The notes under the pieces were generated by a model that was not told where the DNA came from, made no database searches, and saw nothing but the letters and a program-made list of their open reading frames with translations. Shown here piece after piece: positions 17,560 to 28,421 of a stretch of DNA of 51,772 nucleotides; the first letter of the stretch is position 1; each line of letters starts with the position of its first letter. Position numbers and translations under genes: made by a program. This DNA is from a virus (taxonomy: Duplodnaviria; Caudoviricetes). The stretch is taken from positions 1 through 51,772 of the IMG/VR virus record IMGVR_UViG_3300045996_001760. One strand, written 5' to 3'.

Positions 17560-18100
17560 ACTTATATCGGTGTGCGGTCGAGGGCTGGTTAGCCCCACGA
17601 CCCAGGCCATACGCGCACGCACGCACGCGAGACCCTCTAGCCCTCTGGCCAACACCCCGACCGACCGGGGTAGGGACCACACCCCACAATAGGTGGGGAT
17701 CCCTACCTACCCCCATTTATGGGGGTAGGGGGAAACAGGAAACAGCATCAACATGGCTCGATTTACACTCGTGTCCCTTGCATCGGGAAATTCGGGCATC
17801 GACTGCAAAGACCGCTGGATTTCTGGGCGTTGGAGTTTCCCCGCATCACATAGGACGCAGAGGTCTTGGATCGACGGTAAACAGAGCCTGGGAAACAGGG
17901 TTTCGTGTTTCCCTGTGTCGGAGGTGGCGTGATTTAGGCCCTGTCGTAAGGTGCTCATTGGGGCCTGAAACGGGAAAATAGCTGAATCGAGTTTCCCGAC
18001 GGGTTCTGTCGAAGTATTTGGTGTTTCCCGGTTGACGTTTCCCGGGCAACGGTTCATGCTCCTTGAGTCGGTCGCGCAGTGCGGCCTGGAAGGAAGCGAC
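17560..18100. promoter_or_regulatory. Non-coding divergent control region, candidate replication origin
   Basis: About nine GGGAAA/TTTCCC motifs, two overlapping inverted repeats, and a rightward TTGACG-N17-CATGCT at 18032-18060. Confidence 0.5.
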
Positions 18101-18108
18101 GGAGCAAA

Positions 18109-20268
18109 ATGGCGATCAACACCACCAGCAAAGCCTATCTCGACGGCCTGAAAGACGGCGCAGCTTGGGACGTTAACCACCTCAACCCCGACCATATCCC
18201 ACGCGAGGGATGGGACGGAGCGACGATTGTCGCTATGGGTGTCGGCCCGTGCGCGGATGCCTGGGGCGTGGACAGCTTCGATGCCGAGGAGTTCACCCAA
18301 GCGTGCGCCGAGTACAACGCTGGCTGCCATGCGGCTGTTTGCGCTCGACTTAGCGAGGACGCATGACCGCCCACAGAATCAAACTCTCTTCCTACGCCAG
18401 CCCAGCCGCCGCGGTAGAAGCCGCAATCCTACTCAGCGCACGGGACGCGGGAGCGCGGGTAGTGCTGACGAATGACAGCCAATGGGGCATGCCGGCAGAC
18501 CCAGCCTACCCCGAGGTCTGCGATCGGCTGTTAGCTGAGTCCGACCTGAACGCGCCCGAGCTAGGCCTTTGGTGTGACGGCCAAGATTGCCTACGCTACC
18601 ACGGTCACACGTCCGCCGGTCACCCCTGGGAAGTGGTGTTGCTGTGAAGGCCTACACACTCACGCCCAAGCAAATGCAGCGCTTGGAAAAGCACCTCGAG
18701 AAGGTCAACGCAATACGCGCAGAGACCCGCTCGGCGGGTCTGTCCGTGGTGGATATGGCCGCTGAGGAAGCTGTGGACCATATGTTGGATGACGCGGCCG
18801 CTTTCTTTGACCGCGTGCGTGAAGTGCGCAGGAGACATCGAAAATGAGCACAGTCAAAGCATATCAAGGCGTCCGAGCTGTATACAATTCCGACCTGAGC
18901 GGGCTTCGGTTCGAGGCCGACACACCCGCCGGTTACGGCGCAGAGGGTGGGTGTGCTTCCGTCGAGGTCCCCGCCGAGCTCTTGTTCATGATCGTTGGCG
19001 AGTACCTAAACAACCGCAAGATCGCCAAACTAGAGCAGGCCGACTACCGCCAGGCACTGGGCTTGCCGCGCGCGAAGAAAGAGTCTGACGCGATTGGGTA
19101 CAACGCATCGCAGTTGAACGCCGCTATTAGGGCCTGGAACGATGGGCGCGCGTGCGCGCTGGAACGAACTTTGCTGGTGTCCGCGGGCTATATAGACACC
19201 GCGGCCGACCGTCGCTCGCAGGTGTACTCAGCAACCCGCCGCGGCATGGCGGCCGGCCTTCGATCGGACGTGCGCCGATGAATACGATCCACCATTTCCT
19301 GGCGGGTGACCTTCGGTGCGAACGGTGCCTCATACGTACTAAGAAGATCCACACAGCTGTTTCATGGCGGGCGGATGCGCCCACTGAAGTAGAGCGTAGG
19401 GCGCGAACCCTGCCTAACTTTCATGGGTTCATGTTGCCGGGCGTTTACTGCGCCGAATGTGCGCTTAAGGTAGGGCGCGCCTTCGACAGTCTACCCCGGG
19501 GTGAGGTGGGGTCATGACCTGGGCGCGATGCAAGCCAGCAGCCGAGCCAGTGAACACGCAGCAACCCCCGCGGGATAACTACGCCTCGCGCGTGGCGGCC
19601 GAGGTGTTGGAAGCGCTGCTGAACTTCGCGGGGCTCCAACACCTACCCATACCCTCGCGCGCGATATGTGGATCCGTTAGCCGACGCACCGAGTCCGTGT
19701 TGGAGGCCTTGCGCTTCCTCGAAGCCGAGGGCTGGATCCGCGTCACAGCGGGAGGGTGGCTGCTTCGCCGAAAGCGCTTCAGCGGGTACCCTGGTGTCAG
19801 CTTCGACGAACGCGCGCGAGCTCAGATTGAGGCCTGGAAAGCGGGGGAGCCGATATGACCCCACCAGAAGTCAGGCAAAGGCGGGATGTCTTGGCGGTCT
19901 ACTGGCGCAGAGCTAACGCAAAGCAGCGCTTAGGCGTGTTGGAGGTAGAAGACAGTCTTGACCTAGCTATGATACAAGCCGAGTGGACCGAGCTTCAAGG
20001 GCTGTGCCCTCACCAAACACGCGCGCCGATATCGCCCGTACACGCCCCGCCGAACACCCCCGCGGGAGTGTGGTGCAAGGACTGCAATCGGTTGTTATAT
20101 AGCGCGTGGCCTCGGTTCGGGGTGCCTTCCGCTACTCACGGTGATGGCTACCGTGTTTTCATGCTGAGCTTGGATCGGGATTGCGTTTGCCCTTACGGGG
20201 CCCGCGCGCCGGCGGTCCACTTCAGCGCGGGTAACTGCGTGGTGTGCTGGTTTTACGATCACTACTAG
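18109..20268 (+). other. Early operon of seven small CDSs (18109..18366, 18363..18647, 18644..18847, 18844..19281, 19278..19517, 19514..19858 wHTH-like, 19855..20268)
   Basis: Uninterrupted ATGA/GTGA coupling. 19514..19858 contains VLEALRFLEAEGWI. Confidence 0.7.
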
Positions 20269-20311
20269 GGCCACTTGACGCAAGGCCCCCGATCGGTCAG
20301 GTTCAACGCCC

Positions 20312-20539
20312 ATGCCTACCCCGCTGCAATGCGCGATCAGCTGGCCAGACCAGCTGAGGATCCAAGCTCAAAGCCTCGTAAGCCTTAAGACAATCCGCCG
20401 GGCGTACGGGGGGCAGAGCGTAGTCCGGGCGTCATGGGAGCGCATCACACAAGCGGCCCTATCGCTGAACCTACCCCCGCCGGGGCCCTGGGTCCCGCCC
20501 GATCGGGCCAGGAACCGAGCTCCGGCGGGGGTAGCGTGA
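20312..20539 (+). CDS. Small HTH regulator (Cro/LacI-HTH-like)
   Basis: AQSLVSLKTIRRAYGG...WERITQAA; TTGACG upstream. Confidence 0.55.
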   Translation: MPTPLQCAISWPDQLRIQAQSLVSLKTIRRAYGGQSVVRASWERITQAALSLNLPPPGPWVPPDRARNRAPAGVA

Positions 20540-20918
20540 GCTTTCGGCTGCGTCACCCTGGCCAGCTGCGTTTCCTGTCCTGCCAACGCTGTGGACGGGC
20601 GCTGTGGACGTCCCCGGGCCTATTCTGTTCGAGTTGCCAGATCGTCGCAGACCAAGCCGCGGCGGATGCAGCGCCGTGCCCGCGGGGTCTGTGGGCGGCT
20701 TTCGTGGCGTGGGTTAGGTGTGAGGCATGAATCACCCTAATTGCCGCTGCACAGTGACCTACCTCAAGTGCATTTACTGTCATACCCGGGGCGACTTCAG
20801 GCAGGGGGTCTGTGTGCCTTGCCTGGCCTGGGAACATTGCATGCTGGCCCGTGTGGCCTGGCGTGCCGTTCGACGCAGCCTGTGGCGCGCTTTCGTGGCG
20901 TGGGTTAGGTGCGAATGA
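20536..20918 (+). other. Two tandem Cys-rich small CDSs (20536..20730, 20727..20918) with near-identical C-termini
   Basis: 23-nt direct repeat at 20698-20720 and 20889-20911. Confidence 0.6.
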
Positions 20919-23173
20919 CCGACAAGATCACGGTGTTGCTGTGCGCCAGGGGTAAGCGCGCAGCCAAGGCCTACTATGATCCCGCCGAGGACCCTAGCGA
21001 GTACGACGCGGGGAAGTACTTCGAACCGGTCGAAACTGAGGTGTCCAACCTAGCCGAGCTGGCCGAGGTGCTGGACGACCTGCGCGGGGAGCCGGGCGCT
21101 TTCGTTGTGCGCGGGGCCCCAATCGAGCGCGGGGCGAAAAAGGTCCGGCGGGTGTGCCAGCGGCAGAAGGACGGTACGCTGGCCGAGTTCGAGTCCGCGG
21201 CCCATCACTGGGTCATGCTGGACGCGGACAAGACAGAGGTCCCGTTCAACCCCCGCCGTCCGCGTGCATCCGTCGAGGCGTGGCGTAAGACCCTCCCAGC
21301 CGGCCTGCGCGACGCTGAAATGCTGGTGCACCTGAGCGGGTCACAGCACCGCAAGGCCAACGTTCGCGCGCACGCGTGGATCTGGTGCGATCAGCCGATG
21401 GGCGATCTAGAGCTGCGCGCTTGGGCTCGCGCGTACGGCCTAGACCCCGCGATATACAACCCCGTCCAGCCGCATTACACAGCGGACCCGGTATTTCTGG
21501 ACTGCGAGGACCCGCTAGCGCGTAGGCGCAAGATCCTTCACCTGCCAGGAAAAAAGGCCCGGCTCCGGATGCCCGACGGTAGCGCGCCACCCAAGGACGG
21601 AGGGCCTTCCAACGCGTCGAAGTCCAAGGCCGTCGAGGGCCTGGACAAGCCCCTATCGAAGAAGTATGCGGACGCGCGCGCCGCTCTGGTGCGCAGCTTG
21701 GGCGATCCACGCGACTGGGACGGATCGCGCTTCACCATGTGTGGCGCGATCGGCGGCATGTTGTGTAAGAGCCGCTGGCCTGCGCACGAGGCTGCACAGG
21801 TTGTCCGCGAATGGCTGGACGTGGGGGACGAGGGTATAGACGTCGAGCTGGGTGTGTGGCGCGCAGTGGGCGCGTGGGAGCTTGACGACCCGAACACCGC
21901 AACGGGCTTCAAAGAGTTGGAGAGCATTTGCGGGCGCGGCGTGGCGAAGGCGCTGGACGCAGTGGCAACGGGGCTCGAGGAAACGCGCGAGGAACGCCTT
22001 GCAAAGTATGAGGAAGAAGAGGGCCCCCCAAACCCAAAAGACGAGGGCGAAGACGAAGAAGACGCAGGGCCGTGGGCGGGCATCGGTGAGAGCTGGACAG
22101 ACGCCAACACCCTAGACGCAGATATACCCTACGTAGTGCCTGGCCTCGAGATAGGCCCAGGCAAGGTCTCTGCGATCACGGGCGCGATCAACACAGGCAA
22201 AACACCCTTCGGGCTAGAGCTCGCAGTGTGCGTAGCGCTGGGCCAGCCGTTCTATGGTCACGAGACCGTCGCGACCAAGGTGGCCTATGTAGCCTTCGAA
22301 GGCGCGCGCCTGGCGAAGAAGCGCCTAAAACGTATATGCCAAGGCCATGGCTTTGAGCTGAACGATATACTTGGGGGCCTGCTGGTATTTATCACGGCCC
22401 CGCCCGGGATCTTCGACACGGACAAGGCCACCGAGCTAGCCGAAGAGTGCCAGGCCCAGGACGTCGGCCTCGTGATCCTGGACACATATAACGCGGGGGT
22501 GAAGGGCGGCTTGGACTCGAACCAGCCAACGTTTGCGGATCCGCTCAAGGCCCTAGGCTTCCACAGCGACGCGAGCGGGATCACCTTCGTCGCGCTGCTA
22601 CACGAACGCAAGCCGGGCGCGGACGCCACCGAGGGCATTCATCGGATCGCGGGCACCACGGCCCTAGGCGGCGCGCTACAATCCGCTATATCGCTCACCC
22701 GCCCCGAGGGCCTGAGCAGACAGACGATTCAGGTTGAGTGCGCCCGTGAGGTGGAAACCCCGTTCGAGCCCTTCCGCGTGGTGTGGACTGACGCGGACGA
22801 CGGCGGGCTGTGCAGTGAGCGCCACGAGGTAACCGAGGTCATGCCCGGGGAACACCCCTCGGACGCGCCGGAGCGGGACGCGCTCAAGGCGGACATCTTG
22901 CGTGTATTGGCCGACCCAAGGCACGCAGAGACAGGCCTAGCGCGGGGGCAGATCAGCACGTGGCTACGGGTTCCACACAAGGGATCGGCCCTAACACCCA
23001 AGCTTCAGCAGTTGATGGCGTGTAACGAAATTCACGTTGAAATGAGCTTAAGAGGGAAGAGTGTGTTCCGTATAGGACCAGACACCGAGGCCAACCAATA
23101 CACAGCCAGCGAAGGCGGGCGCGAGGCCCGGCAACGAATAGGCTTCGAGGACGTTGACGAGGACGAGGACTAG
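20915..23173 (+). CDS. Primase (AEP-like) fused to a RecA-family/AAA_25 helicase
   Basis: WVMLDAD, RAHAWIW and QPHYTADP in the N-terminal part; Walker A GAINTGKT, Walker B VILDT, and LLHERK. Confidence 0.8.
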   Translation: MTDKITVLLCARGKRAAKAYYDPAEDPSEYDAGKYFEPVETEVSNLAELAEVLDDLRGEPGAFVVRGAPIERGAKKVRRVCQRQKDGTLAEFESAAHHWVMLDADKTEVPFNPRRPRASVEAWRKTLPAGLRDAEMLVHLSGSQHRKANVRAHAWIWCDQPMGDLELRAWARAYGLDPAIYNPVQPHYTADPVFLDCEDPLARRRKILHLPGKKARLRMPDGSAPPKDGGPSNASKSKAVEGLDKPLSKKYADARAALVRSLGDPRDWDGSRFTMCGAIGGMLCKSRWPAHEAAQVVREWLDVGDEGIDVELGVWRAVGAWELDDPNTATGFKELESICGRGVAKALDAVATGLEETREERLAKYEEEEGPPNPKDEGEDEEDAGPWAGIGESWTDANTLDADIPYVVPGLEIGPGKVSAITGAINTGKTPFGLELAVCVALGQPFYGHETVATKVAYVAFEGARLAKKRLKRICQGHGFELNDILGGLLVFITAPPGIFDTDKATELAEECQAQDVGLVILDTYNAGVKGGLDSNQPTFADPLKALGFHSDASGITFVALLHERKPGADATEGIHRIAGTTALGGALQSAISLTRPEGLSRQTIQVECAREVETPFEPFRVVWTDADDGGLCSERHEVTEVMPGEHPSDAPERDALKADILRVLADPRHAETGLARGQISTWLRVPHKGSALTPKLQQLMACNEIHVEMSLRGKSVFRIGPDTEANQYTASEGGREARQRIGFEDVDEDED

Positions 23174-23182
23174 CGCTATATA
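23154..23182 (+). promoter_or_regulatory. Sigma70-like promoter
   Basis: TTGACG-N17-TATATA. Confidence 0.6.
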
Positions 23183-23212
23183 CCAGGCTCGGCCCTAGGT
23201 TAGGAGAAACCG

Positions 23213-23616
23213 TTGGCTACACACGAACGACACCCCGCGCCCAGCCGCGCAGGCATGACCCGTTGCGGTAAACGGATCGTGCGGGCCTGGCACGGCGGGA
23301 CCAAACCCGAGACCACCGACCGGCCCGAGCTGGTTACGTGCAAGAGTTGCTTGCAGCGCAAAATGCAGCACTACAGCCCAGGTCAATTCAAGCTCCTCGG
23401 TGTGAAGTGAACACGCAGGCCCCAGGCGCCTTGGCGCTCCTGCAAGAGTGTTTCGCCGCGCTACACGCGAAAGCCGTGGAGTGCAATCTAGTCCCAGCCC
23501 CGCTCGAGGCTTTCCAGGCCTTCGCCCGTATATGTGCGGGTGAGGTGGCCCGGGCGGACGTGGACCTAGTGATCACTGAGCTACTGGGAGTTGAACGCGA
23601 TGCCTGCAAACGTTAA
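23213..23616 (+). other. Two small hypothetical CDSs (23213..23410, 23407..23616)
   Basis: SD AGGAG; GTGA coupling. Confidence 0.55.
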
Positions 23617-23947
23617 CGGCTCCAAATGGATCAGGCCGGAGAAACGGATCCGCCTATACAGACGAGACGGGTGGGCGTGCGTGTGGTGCGAACGTCTTGT
23701 GACTGCCAAAAATGCGACTAGCTTTTCACGTCTGGCCACTCTCGATCATGTGCTCCCGCGCAGCAAGGGTGGTTGCAACAAGGCCAGTAACTTGGTGACC
23801 GCGTGCCTTGAGTGCAACACCGCGCGCGGTGACGAGGATAGCGCGGTGGTGTTCGCCGAACGCCTCGCGGGGGCTGATATGGCCGTCTTCTGCGCAACCC
23901 TGGACCGCGTGATCGAGGCTATGGGCAAGGAGTTGCCCTCGCTATGA
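23600..23947 (+). CDS. HNH endonuclease
   Basis: RDGWACVWC...TLDHVLPRSKGG.N..SNLVTACLECN. Confidence 0.9.
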   Translation: MPANVNGSKWIRPEKRIRLYRRDGWACVWCERLVTAKNATSFSRLATLDHVLPRSKGGCNKASNLVTACLECNTARGDEDSAVVFAERLAGADMAVFCATLDRVIEAMGKELPSL

Positions 23948-24852
23948 CCTCGATCGTCGCAGCTCCGAAACTGCCCTACTCCAAGCGCTACAGCCCAACG
24001 GGGCTCGAAATGGCGCTGGGGTGTGAGTACGCCTGGGGCCTGCGCTTTATAGGAGGCCTGGACGCCCCAGAGGTGACTTGGTCCAAGAAGATCGAGGCCC
24101 TGGTGTACTACCACGCGATCCAACTGTGGGGGCCTAAGGCGTTGGCGGGGGAGGACTCCTCCGTCTTCGCAGAGGCTCGGCATCGATTCATAACAGGCAA
24201 GCAACGGACCCTTGCGCTCGGCAAGGCCGTGCACTCCGAGCTCGAACGGTACGCACTCGGGGGTGATATAGACGTAGGAACGTTTCCGGGCCAGTGTGCC
24301 CTGCCTGTGTTGCGCTACGTGCCGAACCTGGAAGAGTGCGATCTGGTGTTGCCTGAGCTGAGCTACACTTACCAAGGTATTCCGGGTACCACGGACCTGG
24401 TCACGTTGCGCGGCCGTCGCACTTGGCGCGTGACAGACTACAAGTCTTGTCGCGACTTCGAGATCAAGACCCGCGAGGGTGTCGTTATACAGTGTCAGAA
24501 GCCTGTGGCCGAGCTGCGCACGAACTTCCAGACGGCTCGATATACGATACCGATTATGCGCGAATACGACCTTGACACGATCGAGGTCTCGTTCATATAT
24601 ACGCGGACGGATCCGAAGCTTCGGCGCGAGGCAAGGGCTACGGCCTTCCTCCAAAACCGCGAGGATTCGGAGCGAACGTTCGAGAAGATGCAAGCCGCGA
24701 AGCGGCGGCTTAAGCAGTATACCAGTCTGGCCGATTGCGAGAAGAACACCGACCACTGCGATCGGTTCGGCGGGTGTCAATACCATGTTTCGCGCGGGGG
24801 CCCATGTAGCCCGCCTCGCGACGTTTCGAAAGTTAGGAGTTTCAAACAATGA
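23944..24852 (+). CDS. PD-(D/E)XK (Cas4/RecB-like) exonuclease
   Basis: YSPT, GKAVHSELE, GTTDLV and VTDYKS motifs; C-terminal CDRFGGCQYH...C. Confidence 0.82.
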   Translation: MTSIVAAPKLPYSKRYSPTGLEMALGCEYAWGLRFIGGLDAPEVTWSKKIEALVYYHAIQLWGPKALAGEDSSVFAEARHRFITGKQRTLALGKAVHSELERYALGGDIDVGTFPGQCALPVLRYVPNLEECDLVLPELSYTYQGIPGTTDLVTLRGRRTWRVTDYKSCRDFEIKTREGVVIQCQKPVAELRTNFQTARYTIPIMREYDLDTIEVSFIYTRTDPKLRREARATAFLQNREDSERTFEKMQAAKRRLKQYTSLADCEKNTDHCDRFGGCQYHVSRGGPCSPPRDVSKVRSFKQ

Positions 24853-25259
24853 CGATCAAGAAGAAGAGCACCGACGAGAAACCCAAGTCCAAGTTTGCTG
24901 CCGCGATCGAGGAGCGCAAAGCCGCGGCGGGCAAGGCGTCGAAGAAGAAAGTCAAGGAAGAGGAAGAAGACGAGGAAGAAGAAGAGGAGGACGAGGACGA
25001 GGAAGAGACCGACGAAGGGGAAGAGGAGACCGACGATGACGAGGAAGAGGAGGACGAGGAACCCGCTCCAAAGAAGAAGAAGGCTTCAAAGAAGGCCTCG
25101 GCCAAGCCCAAAGCCGCTACTTTCGATGCCAGTGAGCTCAAGGTGTTCGTGATCGTGGAGTCGCCCAACGGTGTGCTGATCCGCGTGCCCGCTTCGGCTG
25201 AGGTAGCGAAGTCAGCCAAGCTCATGGTGAGCACGATCAGCGAAGCTTTCGAGGGCTGA
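24849..25259 (+). CDS. Basic-acidic-basic low-complexity protein
   Basis: K-rich blocks flank a run of about 36 mostly E/D residues; short folded-looking C-terminus. Confidence 0.75.
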   Translation: MTIKKKSTDEKPKSKFAAAIEERKAAAGKASKKKVKEEEEDEEEEEEDEDEEETDEGEEETDDDEEEEDEEPAPKKKKASKKASAKPKAATFDASELKVFVIVESPNGVLIRVPASAEVAKSAKLMVSTISEAFEG

Positions 25260-25266
25260 TTCGCAT

Positions 25267-27018
25267 ATGTCCGCGGCTAATATGTTCGCGCGCGAGGTCG
25301 AGGAGTCCCCCGACTTCGAACGCATCCAAGCTCTCCCCCGACGCAAGGTCACGCTTGCCAAGGGGGAGGCCGCGGCTGAGCTTCTAACCCCGATGCTAGC
25401 CACGAAAGAGGGCTTGCGTCGGGGTGTCCGCTTGCGCCCGTGGCAAGCGTTGCCGCTGCTAGAGCTCGCGCAGCTGCGCAAGGGGTTCTTCGGCGGTTCA
25501 ACTGGTATCGGCAAGACCCTGGCCTTGTTCCTTGCGCCCACTGTGGTCGAAGCAAAGAAGCCGTTGTTGATCCTGCCAGGCAACTTGGTTGACGACACCT
25601 GGACCAAGTTTGCAGCCTATCAGAGGGACTGGAGAGCCCCTCGGCCCATGTATAATCTGATATCGTTCGAGGCGCTTCAAAGCGACGATAACTGGAACTA
25701 CCTCCAACGATACGAGCCTGATTTTATTGCGATCGAGGAGTGCCATAAGCTGCGCAACCCCGAGCGCGCGGTGTGCAAGCGAATTGATCGGTACCAACGC
25801 AAACACAAGGGCGGACTGGTCATGTTCCCGGTCTCAGGCTCACCGATCAACGTGTCGGTGTTCGACATAGCTCACTTTCTGATCTGGTCTCACCAGAAGG
25901 CCGCGCCCGTGCCGCACAACAAGGCCGAACGAGAAATGTGGGCCGCGGCCGTGGATCTGAACGAACCCCGACGAGGCCAGCGCCCTGGCGTTGGTGTGTT
26001 GGTGGACTTGGTGCCGAAGCTGAAGCCGCGCCCGACACGCGTAGGCACCGCGCGCAGGGCGTTCATGAAGCGCCTACTGCTCACCCCGGGCATAGTGATC
26101 GCGGATGACACCGAATGTGACGCACCGCTGGACGTGGTGTTTGAGGTCGCCCCCGACGATCCGAAGCTGGATGTGGTGTTCAAGGGTTGGCGCCTGAAAT
26201 TCAAGATGCCCGACGGCCAGATCGCGGGCGACTTGTTCTCCCAACTGCGCTGGGAGGATGAGCTCTCGAGTGGCTTCTTTCAGAAATGGGACCCGGCCCC
26301 GCCCGAGGAGTGGCGCGAGGCGTGCGGCGCCAAGAATGACTTCGTCCGTTACTGGGTCAAGAGAAGTACCGAGGCCTCGCGCCCGCTGGACACCGAGGGT
26401 GCGGTGTTGCGCGCACACAAGACTCACCCCGTGGTGCAAGAGTGGCTGAAGATCAAACCCACGTTCACGCCCAAGACAGTCCCCACGTGGCTTTCGTCCT
26501 CGGTGGTAGACAGGGCCGCGCGGTATATACGCAAACACAATGGCCTAGTGGTAGTGCGGTCACCGCTCGTCGGGCGTGCCATCGCGCGCGCGGCTGGCGT
26601 GAACTACTACGGAAGCAAGGGTCTGGACGCATCAGGGCGGTATATCGAGCGCGAGCGCAAAGGCCGCGGCGCTGTGATGTCCCTCAAGGCCAACGCGGAA
26701 GGGCGAAACTTGCAATACCTTTGGCATGATATGCTTTGGGTGTCAGTCCCGCGCAACGCGTTGGAGCTCGAACAAGGCATCAGCCGCATTCACCGCTACG
26801 GCCAGACCGAGGCCTGCAAGGTGCGTATTCTGTGCACCAGCTCGGTCACGTATACCAATTGGTTGATCGCGCAGGAGCGCGCGGACTGGGCCCAGGAAAT
26901 GGCCCCGCACATAAACAAGATCTTGACTGTAGACCCACGTCCGCCAGTATATCGAAGTCAGGCGCACCGCTGGGGTAATATGGCCCTGGACCTGGACCGC
27001 AAGGAGAACGCAGCGTGA
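25267..27018 (+). CDS. SF2 (SNF2-like) helicase
   Basis: LRPWQ, STGIGKT, IEECH, SGSP, EGRNLQ and QGISRIHRYGQ motifs. Confidence 0.85.
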   Translation: MSAANMFAREVEESPDFERIQALPRRKVTLAKGEAAAELLTPMLATKEGLRRGVRLRPWQALPLLELAQLRKGFFGGSTGIGKTLALFLAPTVVEAKKPLLILPGNLVDDTWTKFAAYQRDWRAPRPMYNLISFEALQSDDNWNYLQRYEPDFIAIEECHKLRNPERAVCKRIDRYQRKHKGGLVMFPVSGSPINVSVFDIAHFLIWSHQKAAPVPHNKAEREMWAAAVDLNEPRRGQRPGVGVLVDLVPKLKPRPTRVGTARRAFMKRLLLTPGIVIADDTECDAPLDVVFEVAPDDPKLDVVFKGWRLKFKMPDGQIAGDLFSQLRWEDELSSGFFQKWDPAPPEEWREACGAKNDFVRYWVKRSTEASRPLDTEGAVLRAHKTHPVVQEWLKIKPTFTPKTVPTWLSSSVVDRAARYIRKHNGLVVVRSPLVGRAIARAAGVNYYGSKGLDASGRYIERERKGRGAVMSLKANAEGRNLQYLWHDMLWVSVPRNALELEQGISRIHRYGQTEACKVRILCTSSVTYTNWLIAQERADWAQEMAPHINKILTVDPRPPVYRSQAHRWGNMALDLDRKENAA

Positions 27019-27313
27019 ACATTACACCCGATCCGGTTACGTACCGGGACACGTATAGGCGATTGATTCGGACCCCACGCCAGGGCCTACGTGAAAGTCT
27101 CGAGGCCTACTCCAAGCGGGTAGGTCTTCACTATGACGTTGCCCGGCCGTATTGGAGGAGTGAGGGCCTGCGTTTACTGAACGCCGCGCCCGCGTTCCGC
27201 GCCGCTTTCCCTCTTGTTTTGGTGGCCCGTTGCGCGATCGGCCTGTGCGCCGTGGCCCCGGGCGTGGTGGTCGAAACCAAAGAACAGATTCTCGAACGCG
27301 AGGAAGAAATCCA

Positions 27314-27320
<7 letters not shown>
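27015..27320 (+). CDS. Hypothetical protein
   Basis: SD AAGGAG; GTGA overlap. Confidence 0.6.
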
Positions 27321-28294
<974 letters not shown>

Positions 28295-28304
28295 GCAGCA
28301 AACA

Positions 28305-28357
28305 GGGCAGGTCACCGCTAGGGCGGTCCCGGGGTTCGATTCCCAACCTACCCGCTA
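28305..28357 (+). ncRNA. tRNA-like mini-element (incomplete cloverleaf)
   Basis: GGGCAGG/CCTACCC stem, one hairpin, and a GGTTCGATTCCC T-loop. Confidence 0.3.
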
Positions 28358-28408
28358 GGCCCGCTCCGGAGCGGCTTTCTCCCCGCTCCGATGACGGGCC
28401 ATTATTTT
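28358..28408 (+). terminator. Putative terminator before the polymerase
   Basis: GGCCCG..CGGAGCGG/CCGCTCCG..CGGGCC stem followed by ATTATTTT. Confidence 0.5.
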
Positions 28409-28421
28409 CCGTGTGTAACGA

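Noticed and set aside
17707-18330. ORFs across the control region (17707..18330 minus, 17247..17981 plus)
   Set aside because: They overlap better-supported genes and promoters, lack start signals, and read like translated repeats.
23944-24852. Cas4-like nuclease as part of a CRISPR system
   Set aside because: No other cas genes or array; the replication context fits an ordinary phage exonuclease.
28305-28357. Functional tRNA gene
   Set aside because: One arm is missing, the T-stem is weak and there is no CCA; kept only as a tRNA-like candidate.
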